Shown: positions 22,809-32,724 of the stretch, piece by piece | Position numbering within the stretch: position 1 is the stretch's first letter | How the letters are laid out: the number at the start of each line of letters is the position of its first letter | Source of the DNA: a virus | IMG/VR virus record: IMGVR_UViG_3300048919_000044 | Location: 1-47,538 of that record | Strand: one strand, 5' to 3' | Length of the DNA: 47,538 nucleotides | Position numbers and translations under genes: made by a program | Notes under the pieces: model-generated | Told to the model about the DNA's origin: nothing | The model's input: only the letters and a program-made list of their open reading frames with translations | Databases searched by the model: none

Positions 22809-23825
22809 ATGAACTTGCATGATTTGCAGCAAAACGCGGGCATTGTGTTCGCTACCGGCATCGCGCCGACCATGCTTACTGAGGCCGACAAAGCGCGCCT
22901 GAATCGCGAGATTCGTGGCACCGCAATGGACGCCGCGCCTCTGCTCACCGCGCCCAACGCCGGCATCCTGTCGCTGTTCACCACCTACGTGGACCCTCGC
23001 GTCGTGGAGTTCCTGGTTGAGCCGATGAAGGCCGGCCAGATCTTCGGCGAGACGAAAAAAGGTTCGTGGACCGACGACTTCCTGCAATTCCCAATCGCGG
23101 AATCGACCGGCGAAACCTCGTCCTACGACGACTTCTCCGAAAACGGCATGAGCGGCACCAACGTCAACTGGGAAACCCGTGACACCTACTACTACCAGAC
23201 CATCATCGAGCTGGGCGAGCGTGAAGTAGAGCGCGCCGGTGCGGCCAAACTGGATTGGGTTTCGCGCAAGCAGATCAGCGCCGCGCTGACCCTGAACAAG
23301 TTCCAGAACAAGACCTACTTCAACGGTGTCGCTGGGCTGCGCAACTGGGGCATCCTGAACGATCCGTCGTTGCTGGCTGGCATCACTCTGCCGACTTGGG
23401 TTGCTGCTGGCGGTGATGTGGTCTATGCCGGTATCGCTAGCGTGTACAGCGAACTGGTCAGCCAGACTGGCGGCCTAATCGATCGCGAAACCCCGATGAT
23501 CCTACTCCTGTCGCCCCAGGCGGAAGCGACGTTCACCCGTACCAACCAGTACAACGTGAACGTCAGCGATCAGCTCAAAAAGAACTTCCCGAACATGGAA
23601 GTGCAGACCGCGCCGGAGATGTCGACCGGTGCGGGCGAGGCAATCAAGCTGATCGTGAAGAACTACGAAGGCGTGGATACCGTCGAGCCAACCTTTACCG
23701 AGAAGATGCGCGTGCATCCGATGGTGCTGGGTCTGTCCTCGTGGCGTCAAAAGCGTTCGCAGGGCACTGTGGGCACGATCATCTATCGCCCGATCATGGT
23801 AGCCAGCGCACTGGTGGCAATCTAA
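22809..23825 (+). CDS. Major capsid protein
   Basis: ATG 22809 with an AAGGGGG RBS. 338 aa, in the canonical position. Confidence 0.85.
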   Translation: MNLHDLQQNAGIVFATGIAPTMLTEADKARLNREIRGTAMDAAPLLTAPNAGILSLFTTYVDPRVVEFLVEPMKAGQIFGETKKGSWTDDFLQFPIAESTGETSSYDDFSENGMSGTNVNWETRDTYYYQTIIELGEREVERAGAAKLDWVSRKQISAALTLNKFQNKTYFNGVAGLRNWGILNDPSLLAGITLPTWVAAGGDVVYAGIASVYSELVSQTGGLIDRETPMILLLSPQAEATFTRTNQYNVNVSDQLKKNFPNMEVQTAPEMSTGAGEAIKLIVKNYEGVDTVEPTFTEKMRVHPMVLGLSSWRQKRSQGTVGTIIYRPIMVASALVAI

Positions 23826-23832
23826 ACTGTGC

Positions 23833-23852
23833 GGCGGGGCTTCGGCCTCGCC
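23833..23852 (+). promoter_or_regulatory. GC-rich UUCG-capped stem-loop just after the capsid gene
   Basis: GGCGGGGC-TTCG-GCCTCGCC, 8 bp, with no T tract. Confidence 0.45.
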
Positions 23853-23872
23853 ATCACTGACAAGGGGAAAGC

Positions 23873-24208
23873 ATGAGCACTGTAACCATCGGCTGCAAAC
23901 TTCCAAACGGTATCCACATGCAAGTTGGCGATTCGCCTCGCGTGCGCATAAACGGCTGGAACAACAACGAAATTGCCGGTCTGTCGCACGGCATCACCCG
24001 CGAAGTGCCGGCAAGCCTGTGGGAAGCCTGGCGCAAAGAACACGCCGACTCCAAGCTGGTAACTAACGGTTTCATCTTCGCCGAGGAATCGGAGAAGCGC
24101 GCCAAAGACAAGGCCAAGGACAACAAAGAGCAGGCTTCCGGATTCGAGCAGTTGCCGCAGATCAAGGAAACTGACAAGGCCGGCGTACTCGGCAAGTCGG
24201 ACGTTTAA
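23873..24208 (+). CDS. Hypothetical head-associated protein (111 aa)
   Basis: GGGGAAAG RBS. Position in the head module. Confidence 0.65.
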   Translation: MSTVTIGCKLPNGIHMQVGDSPRVRINGWNNNEIAGLSHGITREVPASLWEAWRKEHADSKLVTNGFIFAEESEKRAKDKAKDNKEQASGFEQLPQIKETDKAGVLGKSDV

Positions 24209-24210
24209 CC

Positions 24211-24630
24211 ATGGATGACGTCGTAGTCTTCGACCCGGTTGAATTCCGGGCGCTGTACCCTTCAATCACTGCCACTGACGTGCAGCTTGAGGACTACTTC
24301 GCCATGGCGGAAACCTTCCTCGATAACACCGAATGCAGCGTCGTCAAGGACTTGGGCGCCCGCAAGCGGATGCTCTATCTGCTGGTGGCGCACATCGCCA
24401 CGCTGACTGGCATGGCCGAGAAAGGCAATCCGGTCGTGGGCCGTATCTCCAATGCCACCGAGGGCAGCGTGTCGGTATCGCTGGACTACGGCACCATGGG
24501 CAACAACGAGCGCTGGTATCTGCAGACCCCATGGGGCGCGATGTACTGGCAGCTGACCAAGCGTTATCGCTCTGCCGTCTACCGCATGGGCATTGCGCCT
24601 ATGCCTGTGCAGCGGACGTACACGCAATGA
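24211..24630 (+). CDS. Head-tail connector protein (DUF4054-like)
   Basis: N-terminal F..LYP.......V..YF..A..FL pattern, and position. Confidence 0.6.
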   Translation: MDDVVVFDPVEFRALYPSITATDVQLEDYFAMAETFLDNTECSVVKDLGARKRMLYLLVAHIATLTGMAEKGNPVVGRISNATEGSVSVSLDYGTMGNNERWYLQTPWGAMYWQLTKRYRSAVYRMGIAPMPVQRTYTQ

Positions 24631-25175
24631 GCAAACTAACCGATATGCTGGACAAGTACCGGAAAGGGCCTAATGCGGCCCTGAAGGTCGGCATCATGGG
24701 TGATAAGACGTATCCCGACGGCCAGCTTGTGGCGTATGTCGGGTATGTCAACGAATACGGCTATAAGGGCATGGTGCCAGGCCGCAAGCAGACGATTTAC
24801 CACTCGGTCAATGCCGATGGGTCGATGCGCAATGACGGGCGTTTCGTGAAGGCCAAGAAGGCCAACCTTGAGCGCATCGTTGACGTGCCATCGTATGAGC
24901 TGAACATCCCGTCTCGCCCGTTCTTCAGGACGGCCGTTGCGAGCAACAAGGATGCTCTGAAAGCAGCCATAGCCAGGGCTATTCGCGCAGGCGGCATGGA
25001 GTTAGGCATTCGGGCGGCCGGGGAGTTCATGGTTGACGCCTTGAAAGAGTCGGTCATGACCTGGACCGATCCCGAGAACGCCAAGAGTACGCAGAAGGCA
25101 AAAGGCTATAACGCCCCCTTGCGCGCCAATGACAAGCTCCTGCGCAACTCCTTCACCTACGAGATTGAGCAATGA
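24627..25175 (+). CDS. Head-tail joining protein (182 aa)
   Basis: ATGA-coupled internal start (MSKLTDMLDKY). Confidence 0.65.
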   Translation: MSKLTDMLDKYRKGPNAALKVGIMGDKTYPDGQLVAYVGYVNEYGYKGMVPGRKQTIYHSVNADGSMRNDGRFVKAKKANLERIVDVPSYELNIPSRPFFRTAVASNKDALKAAIARAIRAGGMELGIRAAGEFMVDALKESVMTWTDPENAKSTQKAKGYNAPLRANDKLLRNSFTYEIEQ

Positions 25176-25552
25176 TCAACGTGCGCGGGCTGGCCAACAT
25201 GGCCACGCAGAACGTAAACCCGAATCAGGTCGTCACCCTGGAGGTGAATACCGGGTTTACGGTGGACGATTACGGCAATCAGGTGCCGTCGTTCCTGTCC
25301 GAGCAGATCGAGGTGCAAACGCAGTCCCTCTCATCGAGAGAGAAGTACAACCTCGACCTGGTGAACAAGCAGGGTCAGTTCATCTCGATCTACGCCTACG
25401 GCACCATTACCGGGATACGTCGCTGGCTGCAGAAGGGATCGTCGAAATTCATTTTCCCGGCCTATGGCGAGGAAGACCCGGCCGTGTGGATGGTCGATCA
25501 GGTAGCTGAATCCTATGCGACGTGGACGCGGGTGATCGCATGGCGAGCCTGA
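25172..25552 (+). CDS. Head-tail joining protein (126 aa)
   Basis: ATGA coupled. Confidence 0.65.
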   Translation: MINVRGLANMATQNVNPNQVVTLEVNTGFTVDDYGNQVPSFLSEQIEVQTQSLSSREKYNLDLVNKQGQFISIYAYGTITGIRRWLQKGSSKFIFPAYGEEDPAVWMVDQVAESYATWTRVIAWRA

Positions 25553-26040
25553 ACGTAACGCAGCAGGAGATTTACAAGGACGTTCGCACCTTCCTGCTGG
25601 GGCTGTTCCCTGGCGCAGAACAGCAGGTCATCCAGGCGGCGCAGAACAACAACCCTCTCCCCAATGATGCGGTCGTGATGCAGGTGCTGTTCTCCAAGAA
25701 TCTGGACACCGCTGTCGTTACTCAATTGCCGCCAACCGAGGAAGCAATCAGAAACTCGGTAGAGGTCAGGATGCAGATAGACTTTTACGGCGTGAACGCA
25801 GAAGCGCGTAGCCGGGTCGTGGCCAATCTCTGGCGCACGGGCTACACCTGCGACCTGCTTACCACCTGCCAGCCGCTCTATGTGCAGTCTCACGACCGTC
25901 ACATTTACGTCAACGATTCAAACCAGTATGAAGACCGTTGGATCATTGACCTCGGCCTGCAATACAATCCCCAAGTTACCGTCGCGCAGGATTTTACCGA
26001 CAGCGCCGGTGTGACCATCATCCCAGTATCAGGAGTCTGA
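25540..26040 (+). CDS. Tail completion-type protein (166 aa)
   Basis: ATG 25540 (MASLNVTQQ). Last gene before the sheath. Confidence 0.6.
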   Translation: MASLNVTQQEIYKDVRTFLLGLFPGAEQQVIQAAQNNNPLPNDAVVMQVLFSKNLDTAVVTQLPPTEEAIRNSVEVRMQIDFYGVNAEARSRVVANLWRTGYTCDLLTTCQPLYVQSHDRHIYVNDSNQYEDRWIIDLGLQYNPQVTVAQDFTDSAGVTIIPVSGV

Positions 26041-26041
26041 T

Positions 26042-27514
26042 ATGTCTATCCCGGCAAGTCGCATTGTCACGATCAACCCGTCTGCCATCGGCACTGGCGG
26101 CAATCCGCTGGCAATGAACACCATGCTCATTGTGAGCGGCCCAGAACGCACTATCGGCGTCCAGCAGTTTGGCAGCGCTGCCGAGGGCGGCGCTTTCTAC
26201 GGCCTGACCTCGCCTGAATACAAGTTCATGCAGCGCTACTTCCTCGGTTATGACGGCGCCTTCAAAGTTCCTGGCTCGATCTACACCGTGGAAAACCCTG
26301 CCGCACCGATGCCGGCTATCCTGCGCGGCGGCAGCGTGCGCACTATGACGCTGACCCAGCTCAAGGCCATTGTCGGCGATCTGATCGTGACCATCGACGG
26401 CTCGCCGATCACCGTGCCGGTCAACTTCTCGGCGGTCACCAGTTTCTCCGAAGCGGCCGCCCTGCTGACCGACGTTAGCAACTTCGTCGGCGATTTCAAC
26501 GAGCAGCAGCAGTGTTTCGAGCTGACCACCGTTGATACCGGCGCTACCGCCAATATCAGCTTCGGCTCTGGCGTGGTCGGCCTGGGCATCAAACTCGATC
26601 AAGCGGCCGGCGCCCAAAAGGAAAACGGCCGCGCCGTCATGACCGACGCCGAGTTGATGGCCTACGTCCTAAATAGAACCCAGAACTTTGGTGTGATTGC
26701 TCACGTCGCCGAACAGCTGCGCGCCAAGAAAGAATCCATGGCCGCCTGGGTGACGCTGCAGAACAGCCGATTCGCCTACATCGCGCAAGACACCGACAGT
26801 ACAGCACTGGTCGCCAACAACGAGGCCAGCTTCGGCAAGTGGCTGGAAGATACCGAGCAGAACGGCACGACCCCGTACTACGGCACCATTGAGCAAGTAG
26901 CGGCAGTCTGTGGCGGTATCGCGGCCATCGACTTCAAGCGCACCAACGGTCGTCGCAACATCATGTTCATGAAGCAAGCGGGCATTGCGGCATCGATCAC
27001 GGATGAAGGCGAATACACCGCGCTGATGAGCAACGGCTACACCTTCTACGGCGAGTTCGCGACCGCCAACGACGAGTTCCGCTTCAACGTCAATGGCGCC
27101 GTGTCGGGCCAGTTCAAGTGGCTGGACAACTATGTAAACCAGATCTACCTGAATGCGCAGTTCCAGTTGGCAATGATGACCATGCTGGTTAGCTACGGCT
27201 ACATCCCGTACAACGAAGCGGGCAAGGCGATTCACCGGTCAGCGGCTGCCGACCCGATCAAGGAAATGATCAACTTCGGCGCCATCGTGCCGCTGATTGA
27301 TCCTGCCGCTCTGAGCGATCAGCAGAAGTCGATCATCAACACGCAGGCCGGTTTCGACGTTATCCCGTCGCTGCTTTCGAAGGGCTGGGCAATCGTTATC
27401 CAAACCCCTGACGCGCAGACTCGCGGCAACCGCGGCTCGTTCCCGTTCACCTTCTGGTACACCGACGGCGGGTCGGTGCAGAGCGTGAACATGGCCTCAA
27501 TCAACGTCCAATAA
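26042..27514 (+). CDS. Tail sheath protein (DUF3383-like)
   Basis: 490 aa, followed by tube, chaperone and tape measure genes. Confidence 0.8.
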   Translation: MSIPASRIVTINPSAIGTGGNPLAMNTMLIVSGPERTIGVQQFGSAAEGGAFYGLTSPEYKFMQRYFLGYDGAFKVPGSIYTVENPAAPMPAILRGGSVRTMTLTQLKAIVGDLIVTIDGSPITVPVNFSAVTSFSEAAALLTDVSNFVGDFNEQQQCFELTTVDTGATANISFGSGVVGLGIKLDQAAGAQKENGRAVMTDAELMAYVLNRTQNFGVIAHVAEQLRAKKESMAAWVTLQNSRFAYIAQDTDSTALVANNEASFGKWLEDTEQNGTTPYYGTIEQVAAVCGGIAAIDFKRTNGRRNIMFMKQAGIAASITDEGEYTALMSNGYTFYGEFATANDEFRFNVNGAVSGQFKWLDNYVNQIYLNAQFQLAMMTMLVSYGYIPYNEAGKAIHRSAAADPIKEMINFGAIVPLIDPAALSDQQKSIINTQAGFDVIPSLLSKGWAIVIQTPDAQTRGNRGSFPFTFWYTDGGSVQSVNMASINVQ

Positions 27515-27526
27515 GGGGCACGCATC

Positions 27527-27976
27527 ATGACCATGACTCAAAACCCGAGAACCATCACGGCCGCCAACAGCGTCGTTATGTTCACCGCTGCGGGCTACTA
27601 CGACCAGGCGATTCAGCTTCAAGGCTTCCAGGTCGATAACGCATTTGGCTTCGGTGATGCGACCGTGGGCGAAACCCGTATCGGCGTGGACGGCAAGCAG
27701 TCGGGCGGCTGGGTAGCTCACGAAGTGCCGGTAACGGTGTTCTTCGAAGCGAACAGCGCCAGCCGTTTGCAGATGGAGCAGTACCGCGCCTGGTGCAACG
27801 CCAACCAGGAAACCAGTCTCTGCACGCTGGACATCACCATCCCGTCGATTGGCCGTCGCATCCAAGCCAGCGGCTTCATGGTCAGCCAAGGTGGCGGTCC
27901 GTCCGCGCAGAAGCTCATCAACGGCACGCAGTACGTGTTCAACATGGTCATCAACAGCGAGGAGTCTATCTCGTGA
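27527..27976 (+). CDS. Tail tube protein
   Basis: 149 aa, AAGGGG RBS, and position. Confidence 0.75.
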   Translation: MTMTQNPRTITAANSVVMFTAAGYYDQAIQLQGFQVDNAFGFGDATVGETRIGVDGKQSGGWVAHEVPVTVFFEANSASRLQMEQYRAWCNANQETSLCTLDITIPSIGRRIQASGFMVSQGGGPSAQKLINGTQYVFNMVINSEESIS

Positions 27977-28401
27977 TTACGACCAAGGACGTGACCATCG
28001 AGGACGGCACGGACGCCGGCAAGACGTTCATCGTGAAGAAGATGCCCTTGCTTCGCGGTGATCGTTGGGCCAACCGTGTAGCGCTGTCGCTGTGCAAGGG
28101 CGGGATTGATATCTCCGGCCTGACCACGACCGACGAAAACGGCAAGCTGGTGTTTCGCGGCCTGCTGGATATGGCGGGCGTGGTCAGCGTGGCACTGAAG
28201 GCATTGGGCGGCGTCGATGATGTCACCGCTCAGGCCTTGCTTGACGAAGTGCTGCAAGACGTTCGCCTGCGCCTGCCCAATGGATCGGAACGGCCTTTGA
28301 TTCTCGACACCGACGTGACCAGTATTTCCACGCTATGGAAGCTTCGAATCGAATCGATCAAGGTCAACCTCGATTTTTTAACGGCCGGCGTTACCCAGTA
28401 A
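27973..28401 (+). CDS. Tail assembly chaperone (short, gpG-like form)
   Basis: GTG 27973 (GTGA overlap). Position between the tube and tape measure genes. Confidence 0.7.
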   Translation: MITTKDVTIEDGTDAGKTFIVKKMPLLRGDRWANRVALSLCKGGIDISGLTTTDENGKLVFRGLLDMAGVVSVALKALGGVDDVTAQALLDEVLQDVRLRLPNGSERPLILDTDVTSISTLWKLRIESIKVNLDFLTAGVTQ

Positions 28402-28628
28402 TCGAAACGGATGGGTTGCAGATGCCTCTGAACACCGAGGCGTTTGCAAGGTGCGTAAACCTGAGTGCCCAGGCCTACTATGTCCTCGACAATGGCCTAG
28501 CCACTTACGCCGAGCTTGACTCGCACCTAACGCTTGAAGACGCCATAACGATGATCGAATTTCATCAGGTGTCCGCGCACAACAAGGCACTGATCAAGGA
28601 ATTACAGGATGAGCTCGGTAACCGTTGA
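27973..28628 (+). CDS. Tail assembly chaperone, -1 frameshift fusion (gpGT-like): 27973..28380 joined to 28380..28628
   Basis: Slippery T_TTT_TTA lies in the zero frame. The -1 frame stays open (..FFNGRRYPVIETDG..) through 28628. Confidence 0.65.
28374..28380 (+). promoter_or_regulatory. Programmed -1 ribosomal frameshift slippery heptamer T_TTT_TTA
   Basis: Codons GAT TTT TTA in the 27973 frame. Canonical X_XXY_YYZ. Confidence 0.65.
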
Positions 28629-30873
28629 CGAACTGGTCATGCGCATCGAGATCGAACTAGATAAGTTTCGATCTGAAGCCGGCCAAGCTGAGAACATCGA
28701 AAAGCGCCTTCGGTCTGCACTCAAGGGCACCGAGGAAGCCTCGCGGGATGCCGGCAAGGGCATCGATAAGATGGCCGATAAGGTGGGTGACTCCACCAAA
28801 GCCGTAAGCAAGCAAAATCAGGCACTGATTGCCGCCACCGGTCGCGTCGTTGCGTTCCTCGGCGCGCTCGCCGGCTCTAACGCCATCGTCAAATTCACGA
28901 CCGCCATTTCCAACGCCAACGATCAATTGGGCTTCATGTCCAAGCGTCTTGGCATGGCGGCCCGCGACATCAAGGGCATGGATACCGCTGTCGCCGGCCT
29001 TGGCGGTGCCGGTGCCTCCGCCGAAAACACCATGAAAAGCCTGAACCAAGGGATTCAGGAAATGGTGTTGATGGGCAACGACTCCCTGATCCCGTTCTTC
29101 AGCGCGCTCGGCGTCGGCGTGGTCGATGCCTCGGGCAACGTGCGCAAGATGAATGACGTGTTGCTGGACATGTCCGACTCGCTGTCGAAGATGGACCCGC
29201 AGCAGGCCTATGCGATCGCATCGGCGATGGGGCTGGATGACGGCATGGCCAACGCCCTGATCCAGGGTCGTGATGCCATGCAAGAAATGCTCGACATGCA
29301 AAAGAAGGCCTACGTCTCAAGCAAAGAGGATATTGCCGCCAGCCGCGAACTGAGCAAGGCGCAGGCGTTCCTGTCGGCGCAGTGGGAAGGCCTGAAAACC
29401 ATGCTGGCAAACGCCCTGATTCCCGTCCTGCTCAAGATCACGAAAGTGGTGTCGGGATGGATGGATTACCTGGCGCGCAACGAGCGCACGGCGCGGAACT
29501 TCTTTGAGGGCATCGCCATTGCGGTGACGGTGCTACTCATCCCGGCCCTGGTCAAGGCTGGCATCGCCATCTTGGCGCTGGTGGCACCGATCCTTGGAAC
29601 TGCTGCCGTGGTGGCCATTTTGGCCGCTGGCTTCGGCCTGCTGTACGACGACTACAAAACCTGGTCCGAGGGCGGTAAGTCGCTGTTCGACTGGTCGGAG
29701 TTCGACAAGTACATCAAGGGCACCAACGTATCCGTGGACAGCCTGGCCAAAGGCTTTGCCCGCCTGCTGACCGGCTACGACTCGCTGACCGATGCGCAGC
29801 AGGCCTTTTCAAAGTGGCTGCACGAAAAGGGCATCATTGACGAAAACGGCGTCTCCATCCGTGGCCTGGCTAATGCCTTCAAACAGCTGGGCAAGGATAT
29901 TTTCGATTCCGTTCCCGCTATGAAAACCATGCTTGATCTGATCGGCGCCGTAATGGATGGCCGGTGGGGCGACGCGATAGATTTGGCAAAGAAGATCCCA
30001 GGTCAAATGGCTGGAACCCTGCTGGATGCGAGCGGCGCCGTTGCTGGTCATGTGAGCGGCGCAGTAGACACCATGCTGGGGCATGACCCAAAAGAAGAAG
30101 GTACGATTTCTGGCGCGACTCGTGAGGCTTACGGCTGGATGAAAAACAAGCTGGCCGGCTGGGTGGGCTCGCCAGATTCCTCGCCGTCGAGTAATGGCGT
30201 CATGCATCGCGGGCTCTCCACGGAAAATGCATCATCCATATCCAGGGTCGCTAAAGAGATCGGGGTAGATCCTAACGATCTAGCGCAAATTATTTCGTTT
30301 GAGACGGGCGGCACGTTCGACCCCAATGCCAGGAACCCCAGCTCTTCGGCCACCGGCCTCATTCAAAAGATGGCGGACCCGGACGGCAAGTATTACGGAC
30401 ACACCCGAGATGAATTGGGCTCGATGAGCTTTGACGACCAAATGGAGAAGGTGGTTAAGCGCTACTTCCAAGAGCGGGGATTCTCTGATGGTCGAACTCA
30501 CACGGTCGGCGAGGCTTACGAGGCTGTGGCGGGGTCCGGCTACAAGAAGGGCTCGAAAGCCTACGAACTGAATAAGGTGTGGGATACGAACGGCGACGGC
30601 ACGATCGGCCGCCAGGAGGCGGTGGAATCTCCGCAGTTCCAGGCGCACGGAAAGGATTGGATGGGCGCACAAAGAGCCATTCAAATGACCGGAATCCCTG
30701 GCGTGCCAGGTGGCGGCATTTCCAGCAATCAGAATGGCGCGCAAGTTACCATTGGCAGCGTTACCGTGCAGACCTCGGCTACTACCCTGCCAGAAGCTAC
30801 AGCGGCTGGTGTGGCGGCTGGCGTAGCGCGCAGCAGCGAACTTATTAACCAGTTGGGGGGTGGCACGCTATGA
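28609..30873 (+). CDS. Tape measure protein with a C-terminal lytic-transglycosylase-like segment
   Basis: 754 aa with a hydrophobic central region. FETGGTF...SSATGLIQ resembles E(S/T)...GL(M/I)Q SLT motifs. Confidence 0.85.
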   Translation: MSSVTVDELVMRIEIELDKFRSEAGQAENIEKRLRSALKGTEEASRDAGKGIDKMADKVGDSTKAVSKQNQALIAATGRVVAFLGALAGSNAIVKFTTAISNANDQLGFMSKRLGMAARDIKGMDTAVAGLGGAGASAENTMKSLNQGIQEMVLMGNDSLIPFFSALGVGVVDASGNVRKMNDVLLDMSDSLSKMDPQQAYAIASAMGLDDGMANALIQGRDAMQEMLDMQKKAYVSSKEDIAASRELSKAQAFLSAQWEGLKTMLANALIPVLLKITKVVSGWMDYLARNERTARNFFEGIAIAVTVLLIPALVKAGIAILALVAPILGTAAVVAILAAGFGLLYDDYKTWSEGGKSLFDWSEFDKYIKGTNVSVDSLAKGFARLLTGYDSLTDAQQAFSKWLHEKGIIDENGVSIRGLANAFKQLGKDIFDSVPAMKTMLDLIGAVMDGRWGDAIDLAKKIPGQMAGTLLDASGAVAGHVSGAVDTMLGHDPKEEGTISGATREAYGWMKNKLAGWVGSPDSSPSSNGVMHRGLSTENASSISRVAKEIGVDPNDLAQIISFETGGTFDPNARNPSSSATGLIQKMADPDGKYYGHTRDELGSMSFDDQMEKVVKRYFQERGFSDGRTHTVGEAYEAVAGSGYKKGSKAYELNKVWDTNGDGTIGRQEAVESPQFQAHGKDWMGAQRAIQMTGIPGVPGGGISSNQNGAQVTIGSVTVQTSATTLPEATAAGVAAGVARSSELINQLGGGTL

Positions 30874-31580
30874 CGATTCCGGGGCTCCCAAGTATTCCCG
30901 ACTTTAAAGGGCTCGTTTCATCCGGCACGGGCGCGCTAATCAGCTTCGGCGGCGCGACCCTTCTCCGCAAGATTTTTGGCAATCAGTGGGGAGTATTCAA
31001 CCAGTACGGAATCCCAATCATGCTGGCGGATACCGTGTATTCGGTGAAGTATCAGAACGCCAGCCAGATATCTCAGGCACCGGTCGAGAAAGGCACCTTC
31101 ACCAGCTACAACAAAGTGCAGAACCCCTATCAGGCGACCGTGACGATGATCCGCGGCGGTGGCGATGCGACCATGCGCGGGCTGTTTATTGCTCAGCTTG
31201 AACTGCTGGCGAATTCGACGTTGCTTTTTCATGTGGTGACGCCCGAATACGTCCATCTCAATGCGGCGATTAAAGGCTATGACTATGCGCGCATGCCGCA
31301 GGATGGGGCGCGCATGATCGCGGCGAGCATCTATCTCGAAGAGGTTCGCGAAGGCAAGGTCACCTACGAAACCAAGGAAACCGAAAACCCCGAGGACGCG
31401 CCTCCGGTAGACGCGGGCGAACAGCAGCCGAAGCCGGTCAGTGATTCAATCCTGTCGAGGATTAATGGTGCGGTCGAAGATGCGGGCGGGATTCAGCAGA
31501 CACTTCAAACGGTCGGGGAAAAGGTGATGGGCATGTTTGATAGATTCGTAAACGGAACGCCGGGAGCGGTTACGCCATGA
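30870..31580 (+). CDS. Tail/baseplate protein (236 aa)
   Basis: ATGA coupled, directly after the tape measure gene. Confidence 0.65.
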   Translation: MTIPGLPSIPDFKGLVSSGTGALISFGGATLLRKIFGNQWGVFNQYGIPIMLADTVYSVKYQNASQISQAPVEKGTFTSYNKVQNPYQATVTMIRGGGDATMRGLFIAQLELLANSTLLFHVVTPEYVHLNAAIKGYDYARMPQDGARMIAASIYLEEVREGKVTYETKETENPEDAPPVDAGEQQPKPVSDSILSRINGAVEDAGGIQQTLQTVGEKVMGMFDRFVNGTPGAVTP

Positions 31581-31849
31581 CGCTGATGAATATCCCGCTT
31601 CAGCCGATCCCTAATCAGTCGGTTTCGTTCCTGCTGAATGGCACGCCGTACACTATTGAGGTGGATACCCGGCTCGAAAACATCTACATCTCGATCTTCC
31701 AGGCAGGGCAATACGTGCTGCGTAACCGTGCCCTACGCGCCTATGCCCCGGTGGGGTTCGGCCTGCAGCTGGCCGACACGTTGGGTACGGATGATCCGGT
31801 GTACACCGGTCTTGGCTCGCGCTGGCTGCTGATGGGATTGCAGCAATGA
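31577..31849 (+). CDS. Small tail/baseplate protein (90 aa)
   Basis: ATGA coupled. Confidence 0.6.
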   Translation: MTLMNIPLQPIPNQSVSFLLNGTPYTIEVDTRLENIYISIFQAGQYVLRNRALRAYAPVGFGLQLADTLGTDDPVYTGLGSRWLLMGLQQ

Positions 31850-32724
31850 ACAAGAAGATCATTCGCACCACCATCACACTGGTCGGCGACACCCTGGCGG
31901 ATGGGAGTAATCAGATCATCACCGAAGAGCTGCGCACGCTGTGCGTTATCAACTTCGGCAATGGTTCAGTGGTGCCGACGGCCGAGGTCATCATCTACGG
32001 CCTTAACATGCCGGCCATGCTCAAGCTGATGCGCATCCGCTGGCGTGATATCCGCAGCATGCAAAACACGATCAAGGTTGAGGCTGGCGAACAAGGCAAA
32101 GAGCTTGTTACCGTGTACGAAGGAAACATTACCTTTGGTTACGTGGACATGAGCAACGCGCCCGACGTGGCGTTTCGGATCACCAGTTCGACCGCCATCC
32201 TCGACATGTACACCGCGTCATCACCTGTCACGTTCAAGGGCGTCACTCCCGTGGCTCAGGCGCTTGCAACCATCGCCGACAAGATGGGTTACGAGCTGGA
32301 AAACAACGGCGTTCCTGACTCCTTGACGATGACCGACGTGACCCTGACCGATACCGACTTGAACAAGATCCGCACCCTGTGCAAGCGCTACCAGATTGAC
32401 CTGTACGTCGAGCAGAAGAGAATCAGCATTGCGCCTCAAGGGGCGCCACGAAGCATCCCTGTCGCCACGCTACGACCTGGTAGCGGTCTTATTGGGTACC
32501 CGGCCCCGACGATGCAGGGCGTAGACGTTCGCTGTCTGTTCAGCCCAGCGATTCGCTTCGGCGGCGTCATCCGCATTGCTGACTCGATCATGGCCACATG
32601 CAATGGCGACTGGCGGGTGTTCGGGGTTACACTAAACCTTGAGTCCGAAGTGCCAGGTGGTAATTGGTTTATGGACATTCGCGCCACTCACAACGAGCCC
32701 AACAATGTCGCAATCAGTCGCTAA
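31846..32724 (+). CDS. Baseplate hub-like protein (292 aa)
   Basis: ATGA coupled. Position upstream of the spike gene. Confidence 0.6.
   Translation: MNKKIIRTTITLVGDTLADGSNQIITEELRTLCVINFGNGSVVPTAEVIIYGLNMPAMLKLMRIRWRDIRSMQNTIKVEAGEQGKELVTVYEGNITFGYVDMSNAPDVAFRITSSTAILDMYTASSPVTFKGVTPVAQALATIADKMGYELENNGVPDSLTMTDVTLTDTDLNKIRTLCKRYQIDLYVEQKRISIAPQGAPRSIPVATLRPGSGLIGYPAPTMQGVDVRCLFSPAIRFGGVIRIADSIMATCNGDWRVFGVTLNLESEVPGGNWFMDIRATHNEPNNVAISR

Noticed and set aside
21752-22984. 410-aa minus-strand ORF, the longest antisense ORF in the window.
   Set aside because: It spans three separately supported plus-strand genes (scaffold, decoration, capsid start). It has no RBS and its product is Arg/Gly/Ser-rich.
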